This document shows positions 46,750 through 56,260 of a stretch of DNA of 64,000 bases, one piece after another. Position 1 is the stretch's first letter; each line of letters opens with the position of its first letter. The stretch covers positions 309,287 to 373,286 of the forward strand of contig JBAZMP010000001.1 in assembly GCA_041649715.1 (NCBI GenBank). The letters run 5' to 3'. The notes below the pieces were generated by a model, which was not told where the DNA came from, made no database searches, and saw nothing but the letters and a program-made list of their open reading frames with translations. The stretch is from Patescibacteria group bacterium (GTDB lineage: Bacteria > Patescibacteriota > Patescibacteriia > JAXHNJ01). Both the position numbers and the translations under genes were made by a program.

Positions 46750-47178
46750 ATGGCGGAAAAATATATGAAACACGTCAAAGCAATTATCATAGAGAACAAT
46801 AAAATTCTTTTGCTGAAAAGAAACAGAGAAGGCCGGATTTATTGGGTTTTTCCCGGCGGACAGGTGGAAAGTGGAGAGACGGATGAGCAGGCTTTGAAGA
46901 GGGAAGTCAAAGAAGAGGTTGGAGTAGACGTTTCCGTCGGGAAGCTGATTTTTCAGACGAAATATAAATTGCCAAAAAAAGAGACTAAAGAAGATGAATA
47001 TTTTTATCTTTGCCGCTACATCGGCGGTGAAATCGGTACAGGCCAGGGGCCGGAATATCAGCCCAATTCCGGCTATGTCGGCACTTATGAACCGCAGTGG
47101 GTGGCAATAAAAGACTTAAGGAAAATGAAAGTATTACCGGAAGAAGTGAAAAATCTGGTGCCGGAAAAATTTCTTTGA
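46750..47178 (+). CDS. NUDIX hydrolase
   Basis: 142 aa. The Nudix box is GGQVESGETDEQALKREVKEEVGV. Confidence 0.85.
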   Translation: MAEKYMKHVKAIIIENNKILLLKRNREGRIYWVFPGGQVESGETDEQALKREVKEEVGVDVSVGKLIFQTKYKLPKKETKEDEYFYLCRYIGGEIGTGQGPEYQPNSGYVGTYEPQWVAIKDLRKMKVLPEEVKNLVPEKFL

Positions 47179-47188
47179 AAATAAAAAA

Positions 47189-47208
47189 GGGCTGTCGAAT
47201 GACAGCCC
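47189..47208. terminator. Bidirectional terminator hairpin
   Basis: GGGCTGTCGAATGACAGCCC lies between convergent genes. Confidence 0.55.
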
Positions 47209-47250
47209 GTGGTTTCTCAAAATTTCGAGGTAAAATGTACTCTGCTATTC

Positions 47251-47466
47251 CTAGCTCTCGAGTTTAGCGCGGAGATTCAGTAGTTTCCCGCGGACTCCCA
47301 GAAGTTTTTCTTCTTTCTTTTTAACCTCGTCATAATGATCAGCGAGAGAAACGGGGAGATGCCGAGCTCTGTTCAACCCATCCTCGGCCCCTGCGAGCTC
47401 TTTTTGGGCTCGGTCTTGCTCAAGCATGATGTCAATCAAGGCTTTGACCGCTTCCATGGCCTTCAT
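47251..47466 (-). CDS. Hypothetical small coiled-coil protein
   Basis: 71 aa. The Shine-Dalgarno sequence GAGGAGG sits 6 nt upstream on the minus strand. Confidence 0.5.
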   Translation of the reverse strand: MKAMEAVKALIDIMLEQDRAQKELAGAEDGLNRARHLPVSLADHYDEVKKKEEKLLGVRGKLLNLRAKLES

Positions 47467-47653
47467 TCTAAGCCTCCTCTCAAGGTTTATTGTTTTTGTC
47501 CCGTCTGCTAGTTATAAAAGGACAGATGATTAGTCTATATCTTATTAGAGGAAATTATCTTTGTCAAGTTTATAAATGAGGCGGAAAAATTTCTTTGAAA
47601 AATAAAAAGGAAGCGACGTGGGTCGCTTCCGAAAATGTGCTCTTGTTGAATTT

Positions 47654-47920
47654 TCAGCTCATGATCCGGTACTTGGAACCGTCCGGCCGAACGATGTAAA
47701 TGCGGTCCTGGATACCCATTGAAGATTGTCCGCCGGAGGTGGCGGACGGTTGGGTTTTCTCCAACCCGGCGAGCTGCTTTTTAGCGGCGGCAATGGCCTT
47801 TTTCTCCGTCGGGTAGGAACCCGGAATCGGATAATCCTCATTTGAGAAAGTATCGTACCCCTCCAGATGCCATCTTCCTGCTTCCGACTTTTTCTTCGCC
47901 GCAGGACGTTTCTTTTCCAC
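47654..47920 (-). CDS. Hypothetical small basic protein
   Basis: 88 aa. A GTG start sits 7 nt after AAAGGAGGT, and the terminator hairpin GGAAGCGACGTGGGTCGCTTCC lies downstream. Confidence 0.5.
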   Translation of the reverse strand: MEKKRPAAKKKSEAGRWHLEGYDTFSNEDYPIPGSYPTEKKAIAAAKKQLAGLEKTQPSATSGGQSSMGIQDRIYIVRPDGSKYRIMS

Positions 47921-48030
47921 TAAGGACCTCCTTTGTTTAACGAGAAAAGTACCAGACGGATTGATTAAAACAAGTTAGCATTAATGTTTTTTATTGTCAA
48001 GCCCTCTTTTTCCGGCGCGGATGGGCGAAT

Positions 48031-48060
48031 AAAAAAAGAGCGGCTTTAAAAAAGCCGCTC
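48031..48060 (-). terminator. Intrinsic terminator for the 48080..48337 gene
   Basis: GAGCGGCTTTaaaaaAAGCCGCTC, with a T-tract on the minus strand. Confidence 0.6.
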
Positions 48061-48079
48061 GGCAATGAACAATATTGTT

Positions 48080-48337
48080 TTAATGAAAGATACGGCACTC
48101 TCCTTGGTTGAAATCATCAAAGGGTTTGTCGCTGAAGTCTATTATCCCTCTGGCACTCCATTTTACGCGGATTGAATCACGTTGTGAAGGATTGGTCAGA
48201 TTGACGATGACGATTCCGCCGGCCTCCTGGTCTAGGCGGCCGATCACCAGATAAACGATAGAGGGTTTTTCCGGGATCTTGACTTCAATCTTCTCGCCAC
48301 CGTTAAGAGCAAAAAATTCCCGGCTGCTTAAGCTCAT
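48080..48337 (-). CDS. Hypothetical small protein
   Basis: 85-aa ORF. GGAGG sits upstream on the minus strand (AAAGGAGGAATCAACC ATG) and a terminator lies downstream. Confidence 0.5.
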   Translation of the reverse strand: MSLSSREFFALNGGEKIEVKIPEKPSIVYLVIGRLDQEAGGIVIVNLTNPSQRDSIRVKWSARGIIDFSDKPFDDFNQGECRIFH

Positions 48338-48452
48338 GGTTGATTCCTCCTTTTAAACATTTTCTCAAAACAACATCCCGATAATTCCAGTATTAGTCCG
48401 GATTCATTATTTTGTCAAGTCATTTATATTAATTAACTAAGTATTTAAACCT

Positions 48453-48743
48453 ATGAACGGACAGCAACAACAAGTAAACATCAAGGCCAGTGACGAGGTC
48501 ATAAAAGGCGTTTACGCCAACAATATGATGGTGGCACATTCAAAGGAGGAATTTGTTATGGATTTCATTCATCTTTTCCCGCCTCAAGGATTATTGGTTT
48601 CTCGCGTCATTACTTCTCCCGGTCACATGAAAAGAATCCTGGCTGCTCTGGCCGATAACCTGAAAAAGTACGAGGAAAAATTCGGCAAGATTGAAACGGC
48701 CGAAGCGCCTAAGCAAGAAGGCATTGGTTTCGCGACCAAATAA
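48453..48743 (+). CDS. DUF3467 family protein, copy 2
   Basis: 96 aa. It is a paralog of 45744..46037. Confidence 0.65.
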   Translation: MNGQQQQVNIKASDEVIKGVYANNMMVAHSKEEFVMDFIHLFPPQGLLVSRVITSPGHMKRILAALADNLKKYEEKFGKIETAEAPKQEGIGFATK

Positions 48744-48786
48744 AAAACTCCCCTAGCGTGTAAGGGAGTTTCGGAAAAATTCAAAT

Positions 48787-49215
48787 CTACTTGCTTTTTT
48801 GCGCGAGCAGACGGGGCGCGAAACGAGCTAAAGCGCTCATCAAACTGACGGCAAGGATCAGGTGGAAATAATGGTAATCGTATTGGGGATCTGGCGCGAA
48901 AAGCGATCTTTTGGGGTTTTCGATGAGGAAAAAGGGCAGCAGGGAAGCCAAGGATAAAAGCACGATCACCCAAGAGCAGCACTCGTCGCCGTAGGGAAGC
49001 AGAATGTAGCAGAGAGCGGCCAAAGCCGTCAGGGGAACGAGGCAGTACAAAAGGGAAAAAGGAAACTGGAAGTACTGCCAGTAATAGATGGAGAAAGCCG
49101 CGACAAAAATCAGTAATGCCATTAAGATCAGCCAGTCGTTTTTTCTCAAGAGGTTCCCCCTCTCTTTTGAAGAACAAAGACACAAGAAAAACAATTTAGT
49201 GAGGGCGGCACTCAA
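48787..49215 (-). CDS. Hypothetical 4-TM membrane protein; start uncertain (non-ATG start in the track)
   Basis: Hydrophobic helices. It is the first of three tandem minus-strand small membrane proteins. Confidence 0.4.
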   Translation of the reverse strand: MSAALTKLFFLCLCSSKERGNLLRKNDWLILMALLIFVAAFSIYYWQYFQFPFSLLYCLVPLTALAALCYILLPYGDECCSWVIVLLSLASLLPFFLIENPKRSLFAPDPQYDYHYFHLILAVSLMSALARFAPRLLAQKSK

Positions 49216-49216
49216 A

Positions 49217-49639
49217 TTAAGAATTCTTTGATTTCAGATATTGCTCAGCGATCTGACGGCCGTGATTGAAGGCGACCTCCATTTCGTTTCGGATAAGAAG
49301 ATTCATAAACCAGGCGGCGCCATGTCCGAGACTGATGACAAAGATCCATAGCCCGCCATAGGTAAGAAAAACCTTGGAATCGAATTTATGGAAGTAGAGG
49401 GTGCCAAAACCCAGGAGGATAAGAGAGGCGATCAAGTCGGAGTAGAAGACATACAGCGAGCGCTGGCCATGGGAAAGGTAGAAATAAGCGGCCGCCGCGG
49501 TGATGGGGATGAGGAAAGAAAGTAAAGAAAGGGAAGAGAGGCGGTTATCGGTCGCCACGAGAACGAACCAGGTAACATAAGCAGACATAGCCGCTAGAGC
49601 GATAATAATCGCCAGCATGAACCATTTCATCTGTTTCAT
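49217..49639 (-). CDS. Hypothetical 4-TM membrane protein
   Basis: 140 aa. Its architecture is similar to its neighbours. Confidence 0.5.
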   Translation of the reverse strand: MKQMKWFMLAIIIALAAMSAYVTWFVLVATDNRLSSLSLLSFLIPITAAAAYFYLSHGQRSLYVFYSDLIASLILLGFGTLYFHKFDSKVFLTYGGLWIFVISLGHGAAWFMNLLIRNEMEVAFNHGRQIAEQYLKSKNS

Positions 49640-49794
49640 CTCGCACGCTCCTTGTTAAAGGACAAAGGAATCCGAGAAGAAGTTTAATGCCATAAAATTA
49701 GCAAAGGTTAGATTTTTTGTCAATAAATCCCGTTAGAAAAGCGATTTCTATCGGGATAAAAAATCCCCTGATGGCAGGGGATTAGACGTTAAGT

Positions 49795-50241
49795 TCACTT
49801 ATCTTCCGGATCATCGTTGATCCAGGGAAATTGTTTTCGGAGTTCTTCTATCCTGGCTTCTTCCTTTTCCTCCAGATATATCCGGAAGTTATCGTACAAA
49901 GCCCGGGTGGCCCAGCCGAGCAGACCAGAAATGAAAAGGCAGCCGAAAACCAGCGTGGAATATTCCAAGAGATGTTTCCTCGCGAACGGATCCAAGATGA
50001 CATCGGGAGTAAGTATCAGTGTTCCTAGCGTCAAGATAAAAATCAGCCGCAGAGTTTCCACGGGATGCCAGCGGCGCAGCAGAGTGAGCAGATAAGGAAC
50101 CAGAGCGATAACGAGGAATGCGGCAAAGGGCAGTATGAATCTTTTTTCCATGCGCAGACCGCTGATGACCGAGGCAACCACAATAAGAATCAGACCGAAA
50201 GAGGCCATGGCCGCCAAAACTTTGGCCGATTTGATGACCAT
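49795..50241 (-). CDS. Hypothetical 4-TM membrane protein
   Basis: 148 aa. GGAGGAG sits upstream on the minus strand. Confidence 0.5.
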   Translation of the reverse strand: MVIKSAKVLAAMASFGLILIVVASVISGLRMEKRFILPFAAFLVIALVPYLLTLLRRWHPVETLRLIFILTLGTLILTPDVILDPFARKHLLEYSTLVFGCLFISGLLGWATRALYDNFRIYLEEKEEARIEELRKQFPWINDDPEDK

Positions 50242-50564
50242 CGGTTAGCTCCTCCTTTTGTTTGAAAGAACGATTAGACCGTCAAATTCAAACCCACCTT
50301 AACAAATAATATTTGCTTTGTCAATAACTTGCCTGCCTATAAAAAAATTGCTCTTCGAATTTTTCCCGGAAAGACACGGTGATTCCTTCAGACATGATCA
50401 GTTCTCCTTTTGATTTTTACTTTCGTGATTTAAGATGAATAAGGACAAAACTGCGCCAATAAATTACCCCGTCAGCCGAATGTTGTCGAGCAGAACAGCT
50501 GTTTTATAGTTGATTGTACCCTCAAAATATGGTAATATTTAAACATTAAATTTAATGACAGAAA

Positions 50565-51749
50565 ATGCAACAAAATAAAATAGCCGAAAGTAAAAATGAG
50601 GGTAAAAAAGAAATAAAGTTGACCCGAGGCCAGACGATCAAGTCGATGGTGCTGGGCGTTCTGACCTTGGGGGCAGGATTTTTGGCGTGGTTCGCCATTG
50701 CCCGCATCTTAAATAACGGTTTGCGGTTTGACAGCGCGAATATCTGGTTATTTATTTTTGATGTTATTTTTCCGGTTTTAGCTTTTTGCCTCTGGGTGGC
50801 TTTTATCGGAATAGACGCCATTTTTATTCGGAAAAAAATCTGGGTTTATCCCCTTGCCTTGCTGTCAATTATACCCTTGTTTATGTTTTTTCCTCTTAAT
50901 ATTTATGCCCTTATCGCTTTTACCATCATTGTTTTAGCCTATTTGTATTTTATACGTGGTGCCAGGCGGGAGCGCAGGGATCGGATAAAATTTCATTTAA
51001 TCAATTGCCTAAAAGTTCATTTAGGCTTGACCCTTATTTTTTGTATCGCCGCCATCTCTCTGCTTTTTTACAGTCACATGGCCGAAAAGCAGAAAAACGG
51101 CCAAACAAACACCAATGATGTGGTGGCTTCAAGCACGGCTGATTTGGTCAATCTATTTTTGGAAAGTCAATTCAGCAACTATAATCCGGACCAGACTTTA
51201 GATGAATTCATTTTACAGTCCGGCCAGCAGTTCATCGAACAACTCGGACCCCAGCTGGGCGAGGGAGTAAAAGTCGAATCGAGCTTCCAAACCGAGAATT
51301 TAATCAACAAGATTGAAGAAGCGATAAACAGGGGTGAAATTAAAAGAGATGATCTGCCGGCGGAATTATTACAAAAATTGGATGAGGGCCGGTTAACCGC
51401 CAGTGACGTGGTGGATGCCCAATTGACTTCGCTCTTTACGGACCAGCTGGCGGCTGGCCGGGATGATTTTTTAAAACAGCTTGGCGTCGAGGCGAAAGGT
51501 ACGGATAAGATATCCGAGGTGGTGAAAAAGATCGTCAGTCATTTGCTGAGCGAGGGTTTACTGCCGTTTGTGACCTGGTTGCCGCCTTTTTTGGCGATTT
51601 CCTTGTTTTTTACCCTGGCGATTTTTGATTTTCTCTACGTCATTTTCGTCAAGATCATCGCTCTTCTAATATATCTCGTTTTGTTAATTTCTAAGTTTAT
51701 TATTGTAAAGAAGGAGACTAAAGAAGTGGAAGTGGCGGAGCTTTCTTAA
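50565..51749 (+). CDS. Hypothetical polytopic membrane protein
   Basis: 394 aa. About 5 TM helices in the N-terminal half and 2 at the C-terminus, with an acidic helical middle region. Confidence 0.55.
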   Translation: MQQNKIAESKNEGKKEIKLTRGQTIKSMVLGVLTLGAGFLAWFAIARILNNGLRFDSANIWLFIFDVIFPVLAFCLWVAFIGIDAIFIRKKIWVYPLALLSIIPLFMFFPLNIYALIAFTIIVLAYLYFIRGARRERRDRIKFHLINCLKVHLGLTLIFCIAAISLLFYSHMAEKQKNGQTNTNDVVASSTADLVNLFLESQFSNYNPDQTLDEFILQSGQQFIEQLGPQLGEGVKVESSFQTENLINKIEEAINRGEIKRDDLPAELLQKLDEGRLTASDVVDAQLTSLFTDQLAAGRDDFLKQLGVEAKGTDKISEVVKKIVSHLLSEGLLPFVTWLPPFLAISLFFTLAIFDFLYVIFVKIIALLIYLVLLISKFIIVKKETKEVEVAELS

Positions 51750-51758
51750 GTATATTTT

Positions 51759-52892
51759 ATGGCTAAGGATTATTACAATCTGCTGGGTGTGGAAAAATCC
51801 GCTTCCGAAGAGGAAATCAAGCGGGCTTTTCGGCGCCTCGCCCACCAGCATCACCCGGACAAGAGCGGCGGTAATGAGGCTAAATTCAAAGAAATCAACG
51901 AGGCTTATCAGGTTTTGGGCAACAAGGAAAAACGGCAGCAGTATGATCAATACGGCACGACCTTTGATGACGCCGCCCGCGGCGGCGCCGGCGGCTGGCA
52001 GGATTTTTCTAGGGGGGCCGGCGGTTTTAATTGGTCGGATTTTTTCCGCCAAGGGCAGGCGGGCGGTACCCAGGAACAGGAGCAGGAATTTGATTTTGGA
52101 AATATCGGCGATATTTTTGGCGATATCTTTGGCTTTAGCGGCGGGAGGCAGACAAGAACCAGAAAAACCAAAGCTCGCGACATTACCGTGAGCCTAAACA
52201 TTGATTTCAAGGAGGCGGTTTTTGGGGCGGAAAAATTAATTGATCTTCATAAATCCGTAGCCTGTCCGCGTTGCGGCGGAACAGGAGCCGAGCCCGGCGC
52301 CAAAGTGGAAACCTGCCCGACCTGCCATGGTGCCGGCCAGGTACAAAGGATCCAAAATAGTTTTTTTGGCCAGATCCGCAGTTATGGCGTCTGCCCGGCC
52401 TGCCACGGACAGGGAAGTGTCATGAGCAAGAAATGCGCGGAGTGTAAAGGCAAGGGAACGATAAAAGATACGAAAAGAATAAAAGTAAAAATTCCCGCCG
52501 GCATTGACTCCGGTCAGACGATCCGGCTGACGGGGGAAGGGGAGGCGGCCGGTTTGGCCGGCCGTCCGGGCGATTTATTTCTTCAGGTTGAAGTAAATCC
52601 GGACTCATACTTTAGGCGGGAAGGGGAGGATATTTACACCGAAAAAGAAATCACGTTTTCCCAAGCCGCTTTAGGAGCGACCGCCGAAATTGAGACCGTG
52701 GATGGACCAGTTAAATTGAAAATTCCCGGCGGCACCCAGTCGGAAAAGTTATTTCGTTTAAAGGATAAAGGGGTGCCGCACTTGCAAGGCCGCGGGAGAG
52801 GGGATCATTACGTCAAGATTATTGTAAAAACGCCAACTCATATAAACCGGCGGGCCAGGGGATTACTAGAGGAGTTATCTGGCGAAGAATAA
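51759..52892 (+). CDS. dnaJ: Chaperone DnaJ
   Basis: 377 aa. J-domain DYYNLLGVEKSASEEEIKRAFRRLAHQHHPDK, a G/F-rich region and four CxxCxGxG zinc-finger repeats. Confidence 0.95.
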   Translation: MAKDYYNLLGVEKSASEEEIKRAFRRLAHQHHPDKSGGNEAKFKEINEAYQVLGNKEKRQQYDQYGTTFDDAARGGAGGWQDFSRGAGGFNWSDFFRQGQAGGTQEQEQEFDFGNIGDIFGDIFGFSGGRQTRTRKTKARDITVSLNIDFKEAVFGAEKLIDLHKSVACPRCGGTGAEPGAKVETCPTCHGAGQVQRIQNSFFGQIRSYGVCPACHGQGSVMSKKCAECKGKGTIKDTKRIKVKIPAGIDSGQTIRLTGEGEAAGLAGRPGDLFLQVEVNPDSYFRREGEDIYTEKEITFSQAALGATAEIETVDGPVKLKIPGGTQSEKLFRLKDKGVPHLQGRGRGDHYVKIIVKTPTHINRRARGLLEELSGEE

Positions 52893-52953
52893 ATATTGCT
52901 TATTCTCGTAAATTATGCTATAATATAAGAGCTGGATAAATAAAAACAAACAA

Positions 52954-53511
52954 ATGCCTTTTATTTTAGGCAATGTCATCACTAACGTATCGAGTTCGGC
53001 CTCAAGTTACGTGGCCAACATAAACTGGGGACAGCCCACTTGGGATCTGTTTATTGTCCTCTTTTTTATTATCGCTGGCTTCCTGTATGGCTTATCTTTG
53101 GGACGGGACCGCATTATCGTGATAATTGTCTCTATTTACATGGCTCTTGCGGTCATTAACACGCCACCGGTCATGTCGGTCTTGCGCGAACTGACCATGT
53201 GGAAAATGTCCACATTTTTGGTTGTTTTTATCGCCTTGTTTTTCCTTTTGTCACGCTCGGCCCTGATGAAAACTTTCGGCGCCGAGGCCCAGGGTTCCTG
53301 GTGGCAGGTGATCTTATTCAGCGTGGTCCATGTCGGTCTGTTGGTGAGCGTAGTCCTGTCTTTTTTGCCGGCCGAGGCGGTGGCCAAGCTTTCTCCCTTA
53401 ACCCGGACTTTATTCGTTTATGATTATGCGCGGTTCGCCTGGATTGTCGGACCAATCCTTTTATTGATATTTCTCAAAAGCAAAGAGAAAAAGATAAAAT
53501 ACGATATCTAA
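52954..53511 (+). CDS. Hypothetical membrane protein
   Basis: 185 aa with 5 predicted TM helices. Confidence 0.5.
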   Translation: MPFILGNVITNVSSSASSYVANINWGQPTWDLFIVLFFIIAGFLYGLSLGRDRIIVIIVSIYMALAVINTPPVMSVLRELTMWKMSTFLVVFIALFFLLSRSALMKTFGAEAQGSWWQVILFSVVHVGLLVSVVLSFLPAEAVAKLSPLTRTLFVYDYARFAWIVGPILLLIFLKSKEKKIKYDI

Positions 53512-53563
53512 GTTTACGCGAATATAAAAAAGATCGTATCCCAGGGTCTTTTTTTGTTTGGGC

Positions 53564-53592
53564 TTGACAAATTCGCCCAGTTATGATAATCT
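53564..53592 (+). promoter_or_regulatory. Candidate sigma70-like promoter (TTGACA -35; weak -10)
   Basis: TTGACA, a 17-nt spacer, then TAATCT, with a TATGAT just upstream, about 120 nt before the 53711 gene. The -10 is poor. Confidence 0.3.
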
Positions 53593-53710
53593 ACCTGGTC
53601 ATCTCAATGTACTTCTGTGCTCATATAATTATATATAATTATAAAATAAATTCATCCAGGCCTCATTTTAGCAGGACAACGCATCTACATCATAGGAGCT
53701 CTGATCAGCT

Positions 53711-54034
53711 ATGGAGGGGAAGGCTGCCCAACAGGACAAGCTGTCTTACGTTCTGATTGACCCGACCGATAAGGGTTTGATCATTTATGGTCCGGTCGCG
53801 CGTTTTCCGGGCGACAAAATCTGCGCCGAGATTAAGCGGCGGCTGTCGGAAAAAGGTTTTTGGTTCGATGAATCAAAAACCATGGTCTTTATCAGTTTGA
53901 CGCCTCTTTCAGAGGAGCGCTTGGCAAGCTTCATTGATTTAAGAATCAATGCCAGGGAGGTTGTCATCTCATATTCGTATCTCCGCCAAAAAAGCGCCAA
54001 GTGGGTCAATCTGAACGGCAATCACGAGGGCTAG
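53711..54034 (+). CDS. Hypothetical protein
   Basis: 107-aa ORF. No motif recognised. Confidence 0.45.
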   Translation: MEGKAAQQDKLSYVLIDPTDKGLIIYGPVARFPGDKICAEIKRRLSEKGFWFDESKTMVFISLTPLSEERLASFIDLRINAREVVISYSYLRQKSAKWVNLNGNHEG

Positions 54035-54038
54035 TCCG

Positions 54039-54938
54039 CTAGCCCTTTTTTATTTGGGGTGGTTTATTTGCCGGTAAAAATATGGTGGCGACCAGACTTC
54101 TTTCCTTGCCGTATTTTTCATAGTTTTTTAGAGCCAAGCGTTTGGAAAAAGAGACAAGTTTTTTAGGCATTAATTTAGAATTTTTCTGGTATATTTTAGC
54201 AAAGAAATTCCTATTTTTTAGGGTTTCTATAAATCCGTCGGAATAGAAAACTAGCAAATCCCCTTTGGTTAATTTTATTTTACCCTGGCCAATGAACGGT
54301 TCAGCCGACTTTTCTCCGGTCAAGGCGCCGTAGGAAACTAATCTAGAATTAAATATTTTATTAGGCCGGTTTCTGTGTTTGGTTCTGATCAGGTAGCGAT
54401 AGGCGGGCAGTGAATAATTCAAATTTTTTGTTTTCAGGTGTTTCTTTTCAAAATCAGTGAACTTTTTCATATCGTCTTCCGTCTGAAATTTCAAGCGGCC
54501 GTTTTTATCAAAAATAGCCAGACCGCCATCGCAGATATAGCCGTAATACAAGACATCGTATTTTATCAGACCGCCGCTCGCCACACAGCCGAAATAGTCA
54601 TTGACGAGATAGTCGACATTTTTTATTTTTTTCCGGTTATAATTTCTAATCAATCCGTTTATTTTGATAAAAATTTTTTTGATGTCATTAGTGTTTCGGC
54701 CAAGTCGAATAAAATTTTTGCAGAAAATATCGGCGACAGCTTTGGCGCCGCTGGGATTAGGATAATATTTTAATATCTTCCTGATATTTCTGCTATCTTT
54801 TGGGAAATCCTTCGGTAATTTCGGGTCGCGCGTAATACCGTCCGCCACGCAAAAAATATGGTGGTGGGCGGCCACGGCGTCTTCGGACGGAATTAGTTGG
54901 CCGTATTTAATATTCGGTAGTTGAATTTTTATTATCAT
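54039..54938 (-). CDS. PP2C-like (SpoIIE-type) protein phosphatase-fold protein
   Basis: 299 aa. AAHHHIFCVADGIT, GCVASGG...YICDGGLAIF and LVFYSDGFIETL resemble the PP2C metal-binding motifs, though the usual GGH is absent. Confidence 0.45.
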   Translation of the reverse strand: MIIKIQLPNIKYGQLIPSEDAVAAHHHIFCVADGITRDPKLPKDFPKDSRNIRKILKYYPNPSGAKAVADIFCKNFIRLGRNTNDIKKIFIKINGLIRNYNRKKIKNVDYLVNDYFGCVASGGLIKYDVLYYGYICDGGLAIFDKNGRLKFQTEDDMKKFTDFEKKHLKTKNLNYSLPAYRYLIRTKHRNRPNKIFNSRLVSYGALTGEKSAEPFIGQGKIKLTKGDLLVFYSDGFIETLKNRNFFAKIYQKNSKLMPKKLVSFSKRLALKNYEKYGKERSLVATIFLPANKPPQIKKG

Positions 54939-54943
54939 ATTTT

Positions 54944-55924
54944 TTATTTCCGGCTGTTTTGGGCCGGAGTTTTTAAATTCAGCGTTTTAACGATTGAGCT
55001 TATAGATGAGGTAATAACGAGCTTTTGTCGCAGTTTTGAAGCGTCGGGTTGACCCGAAACATACCAGGCCAGATGTTTGCGCAGTTCCACTAGGCCGTAT
55101 TCACCCTTACTCTGAAAGGCTAATTCCGCGTGGCGGAGCATTACTTTCTTGATTTGTTCCCAGTGAAATTCTTGGTAGCGGCCGGCCCCCAAATAATCTT
55201 TTATCTGTTGGAATAGCCAAGGCCGGCCGCGCACGCCGCGGGCCAAGCCTAAGCCGTCAGCCTTGGTTTTTTCTAACATGATTTTAGCTTCTTCGGGTTT
55301 ATTTATTCCGCCGTTGGCCAAGACCGGAACACTGACCATGGTTTTTGCTTTTTTTATCATTTCATAATCAACAGGTCCGGCAAACTCCTGTTCGTAAGAG
55401 CGGCCGTGGATCATAATAGCGGCAACCGGGAGGGCGTTTATCCTCTTTATAAAATCAATGGCGGTTATTTTTCCGCCCCTATCATTGATTGAAGTCCTTA
55501 TCTTGACGGAAACAGGCAAAGAGGTGCCTTTTAGCGTGTGTATTATTATTTCGTAACATTTGTCCAGGTTTTTCATCAATGTCACGCCGCCGCCATGGGC
55601 CACGACCTTTTTGGCCGGGCAGCCGAAGTTGATGTCAATTCCCGAGGCCCCCGAATTTTCTACTTGCGCGGCGGCGGCCGTAAACTTTTCCGGCCTTTTT
55701 CCGAAGAGTTGAATAACCAGGGGTCTTTCCTTTTTATTGAATTTTAGCAGTTCTAGAGTTTTTTTCCCGCCGTAGAATAAACCGTCAGCCGAGGTCATTT
55801 CCGAATATAAAACATCCGCCCCGTATTCCCGGCAGATCTGACGGAAAGCGGAATCGGTGATGCCGGCCATGGGGGCCAGAGCTAGGATTGGCTTGCCTGA
55901 TTTTTGCCAGAAGTTTTTCGCCAT
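54944..55924 (-). CDS. dus: tRNA-dihydrouridine synthase
   Basis: 326 aa. ILALAPMAGITDSAFRQICREYGADVLYSEMTSADGL, with a TIM barrel and the catalytic Cys region. Confidence 0.85.
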   Translation of the reverse strand: MAKNFWQKSGKPILALAPMAGITDSAFRQICREYGADVLYSEMTSADGLFYGGKKTLELLKFNKKERPLVIQLFGKRPEKFTAAAAQVENSGASGIDINFGCPAKKVVAHGGGVTLMKNLDKCYEIIIHTLKGTSLPVSVKIRTSINDRGGKITAIDFIKRINALPVAAIMIHGRSYEQEFAGPVDYEMIKKAKTMVSVPVLANGGINKPEEAKIMLEKTKADGLGLARGVRGRPWLFQQIKDYLGAGRYQEFHWEQIKKVMLRHAELAFQSKGEYGLVELRKHLAWYVSGQPDASKLRQKLVITSSISSIVKTLNLKTPAQNSRK

Positions 55925-55968
55925 CTAATCATTCTAGTTTAAAAATTTAGACAAAGCAAATCCCCCAT

Positions 55969-56193
55969 CTACGCGCCGTAAATGGGGGACTGGGTAATTA
56001 AAATTCTACTTACCCTTACGAAAGGACGATTAAATGCCCAACAGGGCAATGCAGAAAAGGCCTAGGCAGGAGACGATCGTGCTGGCCAGGGTAATACCGC
56101 CAGCGATTTCTCCCATGACATGTGTGTCTTTCTTGCCCTTGCCTTCAGGATTATTTCCCTCGGGTGGGATGGGCTTTGTTTGGTTTTTTTCCA
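55969..56193 (-). CDS. Possible small tail-anchored membrane protein, not in the ORF track
   Basis: Minus-strand translation gives MEKNQTKPIPPEGNNPEGKGKKDTHVMGEIAGGITLASTIVSCLGLFCIALLWAFNRPFVRVSRILITQSPIYGA (74 aa), in the gap between dus and the Clp-like gene. A weak Shine-Dalgarno sequence AAAGGAAAA is present. Support is low. Confidence 0.3.
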
Positions 56194-56260
56194 TTTTTGT
56201 TTTCCTTTTTGTTTTTGTTTTTCCGAAAAGTTATTTTTCGGATATATTATTTCGACCTTT

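Noticed and set aside
48623-49183. Minus-strand 186-aa ORF
   Set aside because: It is an Arg-rich alternative frame of the 48787..49215 membrane-protein gene.
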